In this document: one piece after another, positions 13,372 to 26,350 of the stretch
Layout of the letters: each line of letters begins with the position of its first letter
How positions within the stretch are numbered: the stretch's first letter is position 1
From: the human T2T-CHM13v2.0 reference genome, Homo sapiens
DNA: 64,000 nucleotides
Strand: one strand, 5' to 3'
Assembly (NCBI RefSeq): GCF_009914755.1
Contig: NC_060931.1
The notes under the pieces: generated by a model
Seen by the model: the letters and a program-made list of their open reading frames with translations, nothing else
Database searches by the model: none
What the model was told of the DNA's origin: nothing
Program-made: the position numbers and the translations under genes

Positions 13372-14477
13372 CCAGGAATTACTCAAGAAATTTATACATT
13401 TTTTAAAAAGATCACCAAATGCATCCCACATAGTTCCTTTACAATAAACAAAAGATAAACAACCTAGCGTCCTGTCCTATATGCGCTCTACCAGATGACT
13501 CAATTATATTCCATCCATCCATGGAATCCTAGACAATCATAAAAGGACATTTATGTTAACATGGAAAGTGAAGATACGCTTTGAAGAATAGGCTACAAGA
13601 GAGAATACATTACACAATCCTACTGCTGTATAAAACAAAACATCTGGAAGAATCTATGCTTAAATATTAATAGTGTGTCCCGCAAAGTGGTAGGATAATA
13701 GTGACTTTTATTCTTTTTACTTATCTCTATTTTCTCATGTTTCTGTAATGAACATGTTTCATAAAACAAAATGGGTCTGTTATAAAAATCTGAAAACTTG
13801 CTTTTGAAAGAGAGCAGTATTACAGGCTGTAGTGTCAAATAAAATATTAATGTTAAATATCACACGCTCCCGTGAAAATAACCAACATTCTTAATTAACC
13901 TTTCAGTTCTGTGAATCTAATACTAGATCACACCTTGCTATTTCTGAAAATGTTAGTCCTGATAAAAATTAAAAACCATAAAAGAGGTAACAAATTGGCT
14001 GAAGAAAGTAAAAATTGGCACTTTAGCTTTGAGATCTTAAATCTACTTAAATAACACTAAGCAATACTTTGTCCAAATGTAAACCATTATACTAGCTGAC
14101 ATTAAGAATTATGTGGCCATCAGAAGGCACTTTCTTCAATAAAAGATGAATATTAATCAGACACAACTTTATATGTAATCTTCAACTAAAAAAAATTTGA
14201 GCTCACTTTTCATGTTATATAGCTTCAAGATAAAGACTTCTTAGAAACAAAAGTTCATTCTCACTTTGTTCAAATAGGCTTACGTATCAGGTAATCACTG
14301 GAAAGCAAAACTTACATTAACATACACTATGTCAATCAGATGTAAAATCTGTGCTATTATTTGAAGTACAGAATTTAGAATATATTCTTAAAAATACAAT
14401 TAACACATCCCCAACTTTCTATGCTAAAAAATAAAGAAGACTGTAATACAGAGATGCCTTGATTCCAAGTATCCCAC

Positions 14478-16502
14478 TTACTTTCCACAACCAAAAGTTT
14501 TGTTCCAGTTTTCATAAAGCTCTAAATCTTTTGGAGAAACACTAGGTCGCACAGTTCTAAAAGCATTTTCAAAATCAATGTAAGCTATGGGTCGAACTTG
14601 ATCCGGTGTTATGGTAGCAATGTCAGCAGTTTGTAAACTGCGAATAGGACCAAGAGAAGCCTCCCTGCAAAGCTGTGTCATGTCTGCTCCTGAAAACGCA
14701 TCAGACTGCTGTACAATCTGTTCAATTTCTTCTTCACTGAGGCAACACTGCTCTTTGGACATTAGATTAATTACTATCTGTTTCCTGGCTGAAGCTTCTG
14801 GGAGGGGAATATAAAGCCTTTTCACCAATCTTCTCCGGGCAGCCTCATCAATTTCTTGTGGCCGATTTGTTGCTCCCACCACTAGGATACGATCTTCAGA
14901 AGATGTTGTTGCTCCATCTAATTGAACTAAAAATTCTGTTTTTATCCTTCTAGAAGATTCATGCTCACCATCTCCCCGTTGAGATAACAAGGAATCAATT
15001 TCGTCAATAAATATCACAGCTGGTTGCTGACACCTTGCAACAGCAAACAATGCACGGACCATTTTCTCCCCCTCACCTACCCATTTAGAAGTTAAGGATG
15101 AAGCAGAGATGCTAAAGAATGTTGCCCCAGACTGACTAGCAATGCACTTGCCAATTAGAGTTTTACCAGTCCCAGGAGGACCAAAGAGCAAAATTCCTTT
15201 AGGGGGTCCCCTTAAACCAGTAAAGATGTCTGGCCTCAACATGGGCCACACAACTATTTCCTTTATGGTGGCTTTAGCAAATTCTACTCCTGCAATATCT
15301 TCCCAATTTACTGGAGGTCCATGATCCATAATCTCATTCATAATAAGTTCAATCATCTTTGGCTCCAAGTTCTTCAGACGCTCATCAACTGGATGTGCTG
15401 GTTCTGTAGGTCCTGCCCCATAAGGCTTACATTGCATTCCTCCATTCTGCTCTCCCCCATCTTGCTTGGGTATAGGAGGAACAAACTTTCCAAGTATCCC
15501 TCGGGATCTACTAGCTCCTAGAGACTTTTTTACACCACCATATGAAGACCCTGATGCACGCTGAGGTTGGTGGTACTTTTTTTGCTGATCTACCCATAAT
15601 TGTTCTTTTGCAGTTTTAAATGTAGGCAGGCTGCTATCCTCCTTTGGGCCATTATCTTCTGTTTTACTACAAGCCTTATTCAGTATTGGATTGGAAAGTG
15701 CATCAATGGTGCCAGAACCATAAAAAGACTTCCTCTGTGGATTTTCACAGGCAGCAGGAAAACAAGACTGGTTAGATAAGAACACATTAAGTCCTATGTT
15801 TTCTTTTGCAGAGCTGTGATTTTCCTTTTTGACATTTCCAAACAATGGTGTGACATGGAATTTTGCAGTAGCTGACTCACCTACAGGTGCTGAGAATGTA
15901 GGACAAGTCCTAGCAGTGTTAGTCACCATAGGTGGCTGGGCATTCTGAAGGAGTTTCAAACGATTGCTCTCCGGGAAGTCTTGGGTCCGGTCTCGATCAT
16001 GAGCTGAGTTAGGTAATGAGTCACTCTCTTGAGAACTACCACAAACACTAAATTTAGGAAGATCAAAGACAGTGGCCTCCTTATGGATTACCACTGATGC
16101 AAGAGCAGGTTCCAACAGAGAGTCTTTGAATTTTTTGCCAGCTTGCATCATCTTCTGTACACTACTCATTTTGAAAACATTATTTATTGACAATCCAGAC
16201 TGCCACTTGTCACTATCTGTTTGTTGAGATCCTGCCAAAGTTAAAATGTTTTCTGCATAATTATTCAACCCAGATTCAACATTGTCAGAATCAATAATTG
16301 CAGAATATTTCTCTGCATATTTTTTGAACAGTTTGGTAGCACAGACCTGGGAAATCTCAGAGTTTGCCCATGCATACTGAATGCGTAATATCTGTGCACG
16401 GTATGCATCTGCCTTCGGTCCGGTACATATGCCAGATGTAATTGCGAAGTAATTCTTCTGCCATTCACTCAGGTGCACAGATCTAGAGCTGGAGGTCTGC
16501 AT
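14478..16502 (-). CDS. FIGNL1: Fidgetin-like protein 1, AAA+ ATPase (674 aa, single coding exon)
   Basis: ORF from [10 protein letters not shown] to KTFGCGK. Walker A GPPGTGKT, Walker [11 protein letters not shown]/Arg finger [19 protein letters not shown] motif of the RAD51-binding region, Vps4-like C-terminus. ATG at 16502-16500; acceptor ttgtttgttatag puts the exon start at 16512. Confidence 0.99.
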   Translation of the reverse strand: MQTSSSRSVHLSEWQKNYFAITSGICTGPKADAYRAQILRIQYAWANSEISQVCATKLFKKYAEKYSAIIDSDNVESGLNNYAENILTLAGSQQTDSDKWQSGLSINNVFKMSSVQKMMQAGKKFKDSLLEPALASVVIHKEATVFDLPKFSVCGSSQESDSLPNSAHDRDRTQDFPESNRLKLLQNAQPPMVTNTARTCPTFSAPVGESATAKFHVTPLFGNVKKENHSSAKENIGLNVFLSNQSCFPAACENPQRKSFYGSGTIDALSNPILNKACSKTEDNGPKEDSSLPTFKTAKEQLWVDQQKKYHQPQRASGSSYGGVKKSLGASRSRGILGKFVPPIPKQDGGEQNGGMQCKPYGAGPTEPAHPVDERLKNLEPKMIELIMNEIMDHGPPVNWEDIAGVEFAKATIKEIVVWPMLRPDIFTGLRGPPKGILLFGPPGTGKTLIGKCIASQSGATFFSISASSLTSKWVGEGEKMVRALFAVARCQQPAVIFIDEIDSLLSQRGDGEHESSRRIKTEFLVQLDGATTSSEDRILVVGATNRPQEIDEAARRRLVKRLYIPLPEASARKQIVINLMSKEQCCLSEEEIEQIVQQSDAFSGADMTQLCREASLGPIRSLQTADIATITPDQVRPIAYIDFENAFRTVRPSVSPKDLELYENWNKTFGCGK

Positions 16503-16943
16503 TTTAGAGGTTCTATAACAAACAATAAAAATGAAAATCAGTATGAAGGAAAACAAAGAAAATACTTTAAATGTAATTTTGAAACTTCTGCTAATCTGAA
16601 GGAAGGGACACTGGACTTTTTATTTATAATGTAGATTTATAAGGACAGGTTATAAGAGAAATATCTAGTTAACTATAGATTTCAAGTATTCAAGACATAT
16701 CAATATGAAGTCTTCAAAATTAAGGACTTGATTAAATAATAATTTATATGAGTTAAATTGTTCTAGTTACATAATTTTATCTGTAGGGAAAGCATTCATA
16801 AGGTTTAAAATTAATTTTAAATTTTAAAAACAATGGAACTATAGATACATAAAGCAAAACAAAATAAACAAGAGGTTTAAGTCTGATCTATAAAACTAGG
16901 TGAATGAGCTTAAGTGAGCTTTTTACTATCACTGATGGTTTAT

Positions 16944-17250
16944 TTTTATTTTATTATTATTTTTTTTTGAGACAGTGTCTCGCTCTGTCACCCAGGCTGC
17001 TGGAGGGCAGTGGCGCTCTCAGCTCACTGCAACCTCCACCTCGCGGGTTCAAGTGCTTCTCCTGCCCCAGCTTTCCAAGTAGCTGGGATTACAGGCACCT
17101 GCCACCACCCCTGGATAATTTTTATATTTTTAGTAGAGATGGGATTTCGCCATGTTAGTCAGGCTGGTCTTGAACTCCTGACCTCAGGTAATCCACCCGC
17201 CTCAGCCTCCCAAAGTGCTGGGATTACAGGCGTGAGCTACCGCGCCCAGC
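16944..17250 (-). mobile_element. Alu (S-type) in FIGNL1 intron 3
   Basis: T-tail...GAGACAGTGTCTCGCTCTG...GCGTGAGCTACCGCGCCCAGC. Confidence 0.95.
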
Positions 17251-17395
17251 TGGTTCTTCAGTTTTCTTATCTGCAAAGTGAGAGGAACCATTGGAAGAAT
17301 CAAATCAAGCAATGACTATGAAAATAATCTGAAAACTATCATTATCCTTATCACACAAATGTACAAACCGAGGCTGAGAGACTTAAAGAACTTAC

Positions 17396-17504
17396 TTGAG
17401 ATCACACAGCCAGTTATGAATGGTATCAGAAATCGAACACAAGCAGTTTCACTCCAGGTACTGTGCACTTCTGCATGTACACAATGCTCCTTGATGCTGC
17501 TATC
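17396..17504 (-). other. FIGNL1: FIGNL1 5'UTR exon 3 (109 nt, largely MIR-derived)
   Basis: Acceptor ctgtgacctag|GATAGC, donor CTCAA|gtaagt. Overlaps MIR-like sequence at about 17340-17470. Confidence 0.75.
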
Positions 17505-18777
17505 CTAGGTCACAGATTGAACAGCATGGATCACAAATTTAAACTATGGCATATTTAAATGGTTTTAATAACATTCATGAATAAGTTCATCACCCTAAAC
17601 AGAATGCCCTAGAATATCTGTTTCCTAATTTCACATAATTATTAAAAAGTGAAACTGTTACAATAAATGAAATAAGAGAACAAGCTAGCCTACTAGGAAA
17701 ATGCTTTTACTTTAGATTTCTTCTGTCAAGTTATTCGCATAAGCTTCCTCACATTGTTACCTTTAAACAGAACTATAGATGTATCATATTGCTAGATATA
17801 TAGAATTTACTTACATATCCACAAGAAAAATTTATGAAAAATTTTTGTTTCCTAACAGTATTTCAATTAAATGAAAACCAAGAAACCCTACTTTAGGTTC
17901 AAGTATTTGAAATTTTGCCTTCCAAATTACTTGTAAGTACAACAGCCAGGTTTAATGCAGCTTTTATCTCCCATAATGCCTTACAAAGACATTTGTCACA
18001 TTGTAAGTAGGTGTTCACAAATCTTTGTTTAAAAAACAATTAGAAAACTTAAGATCCAGAGCTTTAAAGACACTGTAATTTATTTAAAGCTGTAAAGCTA
18101 AATAAGCTAGAGTCAAAACTAGATCTGACCTCTTCTGTCAAGCAGTTCATCCTTTTTTTCACTATACCATTTTGATGTTAAACTCATTTATACAATACTA
18201 GAAATGAGAAACTGAAAGAAAGGTGACTCAGAAAACACTTGACACAAACTTTCACAATTAATATTATCATTCTCTTCCTCTCCATGGCTTCATTCCCCTT
18301 TATCATCTGTTATCCTGAAATTTCTACCATACCTCAGAGTTCTAGTCACTGTTCTCAGAATAAACCCCCTTCTCTTTTCCATCTTCACCTTTCCTTCAAT
18401 ATTCATCTTCCAAGTCTTACTTCTTCCTTTCAATTCAATCATTTAAATGGCAAATAAGGATAACCAAAAACTGGCCATCACCGATCAGTGACACAACCAT
18501 TGTCTTGTTTACCATTTCCAAGTCAATTTAACCTTTATGGCCTTTCCTAGATCTAAAAAGTATGATTAATTAGCACTGTCATATGAACTGCATTTCAATC
18601 TTCTTTATTTTGCCAATGTTCTGATTATTTTAATAATGTCATTATCTGTCTTCCTAGACAGTTGGCTTCTGCAGGGAGGAATTGTTTTCCATTCCATTCA
18701 CATTGTCTTAGTACCTAGAATACAGTGTCCTTTGGAATAATAGCTACTAAAATACTGACGGAGTGCCTACTCAGTAC

Positions 18778-18938
18778 CAAGCACTGTACAAGCCTTTCAT
18801 AGGATTCTGTTCTTGATGCAAAACGGGAGTTAAGAGCACAGGGTCTGGAGCCAGGCTGCCTGCTTTCAAATCCTGGCTCTATCATCTGCCAGCAGTGACT
18901 GCAGGAAAATCTCTTAATGTCTTTCTGCCGGTTTTCAC
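18778..18938 (-). other. FIGNL1: FIGNL1 5'UTR exon 2 (161 nt, antisense MIR-derived)
   Basis: Acceptor cttcttttatag|GTGAAAACC, donor GCTTG|gtactg. The + strand reads as a MIR core (GTTAAGAGCACAGGGTCTGGAGCCAGGCTGCCTG...TTCAAATCCTGGCTCT). Confidence 0.7.
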
Positions 18939-19515
18939 CTATAAAAGAAGCGCAGCAACATCACTGAGCTGACAAGGTATTTTAATTCTGCAAAGCACTA
19001 GACAGAGGACTCAGCACTTAGAAAATACTCTATAAAATACTGCTTCTTCTGATTCCTCACGATGACCCCTGAAAGGTATGAGCCCTTCTTTCTCATCACA
19101 GAGATTAAGAGCTTGCCTGGGTCACAGGGGAACTGACTGACCCCCGCTGTGGGCGCCCAGAGCCCCGCTGGGCCCAGTAAATGCCTGCGGTAAGCGGCCC
19201 CGCCCCCGGACAGGCTCTGCCAAAGGAAGCCGCCCGCAGACCTGGCCCCGAGCCTGCCGTCCACGCCGGGCCCCAGCTTCCTAATCCTGGATGAGTCTGG
19301 TTCTGGGCTAGCGGGTCAGCCACCCTCCCGCTAAGACAGAAGCAAAAGGGCACAGCCACTGCCTGGCTCCCGCCTCCCACGGCCTCCCGCGAAGTCACCG
19401 CCCCGCGACCCCCAGCATTCCAGAGGCACACGCCCGCCTCTCCCCTACGCCCCAACCCTGATGCTCCACAGGGGTCAGCAGCGCCCCTGCCCCGCCTCCC
19501 GTCACCGCATCCTAC

Positions 19516-19608
19516 CTGCGGCTGGTGTGGGACGCTGGCAGCCTCCGAAAAGCGCGGGGACTGACGTGCGCCTGCGCGCTGCTGTCGCCCTCGGACTCGC
19601 GCCGTACG
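19516..19608 (-). other. FIGNL1: FIGNL1 exon 1 (non-coding; TSS approximate)
   Basis: Donor CCGCAG|gtagga within the CpG island; the 5' end is not definable from sequence alone. Confidence 0.7.
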
Positions 19609-19645
19609 TGCGTGCGTGAGTGCGTGAGTGCGTGCGTGCGTGCGT
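19607..19645. repeat. (CGTG)n imperfect tetranucleotide microsatellite
   Basis: cgtgcgtgcgtgagtgcgtgagtgcgtgcgtgcgtgcgt. Confidence 0.9.
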
Positions 19646-19876
19646 TCGGCGCGCGGGGCGTGGGCGCGGCACCTGGGCCCGGGCACCGCCACCTAGGCCC
19701 TAGCTCCGACCAGTGGTGTTCTATAAACGCTTATTACATCATTGTGCATAGGCTTCATTTTTAAAAGTACTCCCAAATAAATACAAGGAGGCGATGGAAA
19801 TTGAATGAAGATTCGAAGGATTCCCATAGAGCGTGGCTCACTTCCCCTCACCGGGACAGCGAGCGGCGGCTCACCT

Positions 19877-19985
19877 GGGAGAGCAAAGCGTGGCTCTCCT
19901 GCGCCCACTCGGGAGAGCAAACAATGGCTCACCTGCGCCCACCCGGGAGAGCAAAGCGTGGCTCACCTGCGCCCACTCGGGAAAG
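19877..19985. repeat. 34-bp minisatellite, 3 full copies plus partials
   Basis: Units start at 19877, 19911, 19945 and 19979; consensus GGGAGAGCAAAGCGTGGCTCACCTGCGCCCACTC. Confidence 0.92.
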
Positions 19986-21295
19986 CCAGCCGCCATCCTG
20001 TGCTGCAGGCAGGGAGCGGGCGGCGGGAGAGGAGCGGATCCACTTAGGTCAGCGGTTAAAACGTCGTTACAAGAGGCCACCCCGGCATCGCGGGGCCTGT
20101 GGCTGCGCCCCCTCTTGAATTCAGGCCTAGCACATCACCTCCGCCCCTCGCACCCTGCAGTCTGCGCTCCATACAGCACGTGAGCGGGTGCTCAGCAATG
20201 TTCCCTGGCTGAAAGAACCGCATAGAGTAGCATGCAAAAATGACATGCATGTTTAAGATAAAATAAGGGAGAGGACACCTGTTCTGACTGAGTCTGGCAA
20301 CTCAGATCTCCCCGCAGCCAACATCTACATTCCTTTGGACAGCTGTCTGCTGTGTAGGGACACCTCCCTGGAACTTTGAAAAGCACCCCATCATTACCTT
20401 CCACTTTGTTCTGGAGCAAGGTTTCAAAAGAAGAGTGCCGTATTTTGATTAATTTAGTGAATTGGATTTTCAGACACAAGTAAGAGCATCCACTCAGTGG
20501 CCTCTGCAGTAAATAATGATATCAGATCACATAACAAGAAGACTGGAGGTTGGCGGGAAATCTGGACCTGGTGACTCAAAGAAGTCATGAAGGACCATCT
20601 CTCCATTCTGCCACCTTCTCGCCTGTGGATTTTCCTCCCCAGGCTTGTCACTTCATTGTCGAGAGATGCCCTCACAATCCAAGCCAGGCAGCCTCACATG
20701 ACCAGATCTAAAACACAAAGAGGGAGCCAAACTGAGAAAGGACCTTTTCCCTCTGAACACTTCTCTCTTGGAAAAAGAAAATGTTTCCCAGAAAGCCTCA
20801 TAGCCTTCCTCTTATATCTCCTTGACTAACTGGGACCCGGATCCCTGGATATCCTTTCCTGAGAAAGAGAGGGTCTGGGGCAGGGGATAGAGAAAATGAC
20901 TAGCAACTAGCAGCACATGATGTTTAAACATAAGATTTAAAGAAATGCAAGGCACAAACAATTTGAAGACTTTTTTTAAGTTTTTAAAATCTTCACAAAA
21001 TAAAAAGGAATTGGACAATGCACTTTAAAAACTAGAAGACGTTTCACTGAAAACAGCATCTCCTAATTCATTTCATGGCTTAGATAGTAATAGAAAATTA
21101 TTTTATTCTAATTCCATACTTTATCAACTAATTTTAATTATTTTATAATTACCCAAAATATGTCATGTAGAATGAAAATAAAAGAAAATGAAAACAGTTA
21201 TATCAAGGCCAAGTCAGTTGTATGTTTACTGGCTATTTAGAAATTTCTAAATACGTGTATATTTAGAAATGACTATATAGATACTATTTGGGTAA

Positions 21296-21954
<659 letters not shown>

Positions 21955-22556
21955 GGTAATTAGCAATTTTAGGTGATTTTCATCATCAAAATTTTCATGA
22001 TGGCATTTTGGAGAATTCACATAAACCACTCTGTTACCCTCCTAAAAGTATTGCTCAAATACTGAATTATATTTATGCTTGCCAAAGTTAATTTTTTTCC
22101 AACAAGTAACACTAGCCACTTCATTTTGTGCTTTTGATACAAAAGCATTTCCCAATCCAGCGGCTTTCATCTTCTGGCCTGGTTGGCAAAAGTGTAACTC
22201 ACTTCGGCACCCTCTCTGAACCCTAGTCTCCTCCTCAAATGTAAAACAGTAATAAACCTTTCTTACCCAGGAAGCCATTATAAGGATTATAATCAACATA
22301 AGATATAATTCTTTAATTATCAAAGCAGTTGCTGGCATGTGGCAGGCATTCAACAGAAACCGTGTTGCTATGTTATTTTTATTGTTACCATTAATATTCC
22401 TATTGGGATTGAAACCCTTATGTCATATCAAAACTTTTCCATCTTTGACAAATGAGACATATTAGGATAGTATCTTAATAATATGTAAGAGTTTAGTGCT
22501 TGAGCTATTCAATTATTAAACTTTGCTTCCAAGACCACAGACTGGTGGTATATACT

Positions 22557-22594
22557 GTGTGCGTGTGTGTGTGTGTGTGTGTTTGTGTGTGTGT
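22557..22594. repeat. (TG)n microsatellite
   Basis: Imperfect TG run. Confidence 0.9.
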
Positions 22595-23238
22595 ATGAGA
22601 AAGAATATGCTGTTCTTTTCTTCTTCTGGGTAGAAGTTGTTGAGCCTTCAAGGGAAGAGGTTTTCACCTACAGCAGACAGTGCCAGTTCTCTTGGTGTGA
22701 GGGATTCTGGGAGATGGCTGCCCATTTCCATATTCATGAATTTTATAAACATGGTCTCAGATAAATGCAAGTGTACACTTCGGTGAGCTCATTTGTTTTT
22801 GAGCAGAGGGGATAATACGGCCCTAAATAATGTGCTTCCCTGTCAGCCAGGAGAGTTACATTCTGGAGATGTGTGTGTCGGTGGGTGCGGGAGGCAGGTG
22901 GTGTTGAGGAGATAGGGAAGCCAACAGGACAAAGCTCAGAGGGAAAACAGCCCAATCTAAATCCAGTTCTTTCTCTGTGTGGATTCCCACTGACTTCCAA
23001 ACCTCTCAGCTCCCTGACTCAGTGGTAAGGAAGAAAAAAGTACCAGGATTGAGGGGATGGTGTTCTAGCCCTCCAGCAGAGGAGTAAGATGTGTGAGCCC
23101 AGGGTGAAGCAAGTGCACAATTTTAGTAAAAGATTTTCATTGGCCATACTGAATGAATCATAAAGGGATGTGAAGAGGCTACCTCTGGCATCATTGTCAT
23201 AAACACAGCTGGTGAGGGGGGAGGTGGTGTTCTCCTGG

Positions 23239-23683
23239 TGTCAAAAGACAAAATTATTTACAGATCAAATTGGCTTTTATTCATGATTCATGAATCCAGT
23301 AGCCTCCATTCTATAAAATAGAATTAGAGTTCCCACTGGGGAATGGCAGAACAGTGGTTTTGTAAGGTGGGAACAAGGAAACAGTATTATTTTAAAGGTT
23401 GATTGGTTAGTGTCAGCTTAATTCAGACTACTTTTCTCGTCATGGTTAAAGCAAATGGGACTTCCTTATTACTCTGACTCAGGCAGACTGAACTCTTTCT
23501 GATGGGTTGCTGTGACTCTTGTTTTCAAGAAAAACTGGTCTATTTGGGGACCACCAGCTTTCTTAAAGTTTCAGCTTGGTTAAATGGCACTTAGCATGAG
23601 TGACTCCACTTTAGTTTGGTCTGTTGGGACCTAGTGCAGGAGCTCACTCTAAAACAATGCCCTCCCGTAATTTTTCTATAGCA
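23239..23683 (-). mobile_element. ERV1 LTR (MER67-like)
   Basis: GCATGAGTGACTCCA...GGTCTGTTGGGACCTAGTGCAGGAGCTCA...AAAACAATGCCCTCCC resembles the antisense MER67 5' end. Confidence 0.6.
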
Positions 23684-23800
23684 CCTGAAACGGGGTAGAG
23701 CAGAGATTGAAGGAAACATTTGCTTGGGTCGTCATTTTCCTCAAGGACTGCGCTACCAATTGGAGTCAACACTTCTAGGTGCCTCCAGTTTGGTACAGTA

Positions 23801-24210
23801 TGTAAGGGGTTGAATTGCATCCCCCAAACAGATATGTTGAAGTCCTAACCCCTGGCACCTGTGAATGTGGCCTTATTTGGAAAGAGGGTTGTTACAGCCA
23901 TAATCCAGTTAAGATGAGGTCCTTCTGGATTAGGGTGGACCCTCATCTGATTGATTGGTGTCCTTATAAAGAAAAGGAAAAGAGTCACAGAGGGAAGAAG
24001 GCCATGTGAAGATGGGGGCAGAGATTGGAGTGATGCTGTCACAAGCCAAGGAATGTCTGGGTTACCAACAGCTGGACTTTGTAGACAGCATGGCCCTGCC
24101 AACACCTCGATTTCAGTTTCTGCCTCCAGAACTGTGAGAGAACACGTTTATGTTATTTGAAGACACTGAGACTGCCGTCCATTGTTCCAGCAGCCACAGG
24201 AAACGAATGC
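23801..24210 (+). mobile_element. MaLR LTR (MLT1B/C-like)
   Basis: GTTGAATTGCATCCCCCAAA...ATGTTGAAGTCCTAACCCC...GCCATGTGAAGATG...CCTCCAGAACTGTGAGA. Confidence 0.85.
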
Positions 24211-26114
24211 CCTGCATTCTTACAGCACTGCGGCAGGGGTGGAGTGATTAAGAGCAGGGGCTATGGAGTCAGCTTTCCAGGGTTCAAGTCCTAGCTCCAC
24301 TGCTCAGGAGCCACTACTGAGAATTGTTCAGAATCAACCCAGCTGAGGTCTGAAGATCATTTAGACCGGAGCCTGGCCCACGGTAAGCACTGCCCAGGTG
24401 CCAGGTGTTATTATGGCTGGGCTGGCCAGTTCTTCCTCTTAGGTTTCCTTGCTTAGAGTTTGGGAAGGAAAAAATAACCCACCTTGTTGGTGTTTTTTTC
24501 TACTGTTTTTAGGCTGCTTAACCTTGCTGTTTCATAAAGTAGCCAAATTCTCTTATTTTCACAGGACATTGGAATCTCAGATATACAAGGAAGCTGAAGA
24601 ATTTTCTAATTTTCAGTCCAATCTCATGGACTGAAAAGTCAGTCTCATAGAAGACTGACTTTCCGATGTCCCAACTCTTGGTTTTTTCCTATCTCCATTT
24701 GAGCACCTACAATGGAGAATTCACTGCCCTGTAAGAAAACACCTTCCACTTGCTGATAGGCTGACTTCTAAGTTTTTCTTTGTATTGAAAATCTGTCTCT
24801 TTCACTTTGTCTTTGGAGCTAGAGAGGAGACTCTTCAAATTAAAGGGAGTGTAAAATGTGAAGACAGCTGCTGAGTCCTCTTTGAGTCTGTCCTGTGAGA
24901 CACCCTTCCATTTAGAACTCTTCCTGTGTGACTTGGCTCCTCTCTCACAACACCTGGGGACACATCCATCTCATAAATCCTGGGGTCTAGATCTCACTTC
25001 CACATTGGAGCACTTTGGGATTCACAAGGTCTGCTGCAATACAGCCTGCTCTGTTATCTTCTTCCTCTTTCCTCTACCATCCACTGCACATCTGTGCTCT
25101 GGGGAACCATTCACAAGTTTCTCTAAATTGGTAGCTCCAGATGTATCCAGTTTATGCAAGCAACTTACACTCACAGTGCTTTCTTATTAATTTTTTTCTA
25201 CTACTTATTACAAGTGTAAGTTATGGCAAGTAACCCAGAGGTATTAAGGAAATAGATTTTGATATCAAATGCAGTTGAAAAGGCAAAAAAAAATTATAGT
25301 GTTTGACGTTTGGATATTTACATAATTTAGAAAAGCAATGAAATGATCCCTAGATAAAAAAGCCGTTAGTCAATGTTCATATCTTTCCTCAAATGTAGAC
25401 TTTCTGAATTGCATACCAGCAGAATCAGTTTCTAATTTGTCATGTCTGTTGGATTTCTGAATTAAGGGGTGCGGGTGTGGAGTCAGTGGATATTAGAACT
25501 GCCCTCCCTTGGGGTCTTCTCCTCTCTTGTTTCTCTTTGAACTGTGGCACACCCTCATGATGATCAAGGGGCCACCCAGTGACACCTGCTCCCCTTTTTG
25601 TCTTGGGCTTTCCTGCAGGCTCCTTGGTGATGGGCATGTGGTCAGCAACAATGAGATTCTCCAGGTTTAGGGAGTATTGCTGTTTGCTGGATTTTAGAGA
25701 GGAGACATGTGATTCCAGGACAAATCTTTCATATCAGCTGTTAGTTGTGTCTAGATCAATCTGGGACTTTCCCAACACTAAGCAGGAGGGGCCTGTTATC
25801 AGGAGATACCAGAGGTCAGTAAGGAAACATCTAATTCCAGTGCCAGCAGCACTTTGTGCACTCTTTTTGACACTAACTTGAATATGTATTTAAATAAAGA
25901 TGCTCTGTATTGACCACAGATTAGTCTGAATAATCCAAAACTTTAAAAACTTCCCCACATTGGATGTGGGGTCTAGGGGCCCCCTAGGGATGGTCTAGGG
26001 TCCAAGACTTTACCTTGGTAGGCAAAGATAGGGCTTTACCCAGAAGAGAATAAATGTCTTCACTGCCAGTTACCTTCAGAAATGGTTAATCCTGGGTAGC
26101 AGATGGCATCTTTT

Positions 26115-26350
26115 GCAGCATAGTTTACTGGGCAAGAGCATGGATTCTAGAGCCAGGCTGACTGGGCTCCAATCCCAGCTTGGTCACTGATTATATGACC
26201 TTGGGATAAATCACTAAACCTTGCAATGCCTCAGTTTTCTCACTTGTAAAATGAGCATAATAATTGAGCCCGCATCGTAGAATTTTAAAATAAGTATTAA
26301 ATTAATACTTTAAAACACGTGTAACAGTGCCTGGCATACAGCAAGTGCTA
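26115..26350 (+). mobile_element. MIR
   Basis: TGACCTTGGGATAAATCACTAAACC...GCCTCAGTTTTCTCACTTGTAAAATGAG core. Confidence 0.8.

Larger units (their letters stand above)
19140..20190. promoter_or_regulatory. FIGNL1: CpG island / FIGNL1 promoter
   Basis: High GC and CpG density, GC boxes, CRE-like TGACGT at 19562-19567 and NRF1-like TGCGCCTGCGC at 19567-19577. Confidence 0.9.

Noticed and set aside
16503-16556. 18-aa hydrophobic N-terminal extension of FIGNL1 in the ORF track (692 aa)
   Set aside because: It starts at a non-ATG codon and is mostly the intron polypyrimidine tract; the acceptor AG is at 16514-16513.
19877-19985. 34-bp repeats as a CRISPR array
   Set aside because: Head-to-tail units with no unique spacers, no cas genes, human DNA.
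19105-20183. Long overlapping ORFs (up to 195 aa) in the CpG island
   Set aside because: Stop-poor GC-rich and minisatellite sequence with no recognisable domain.
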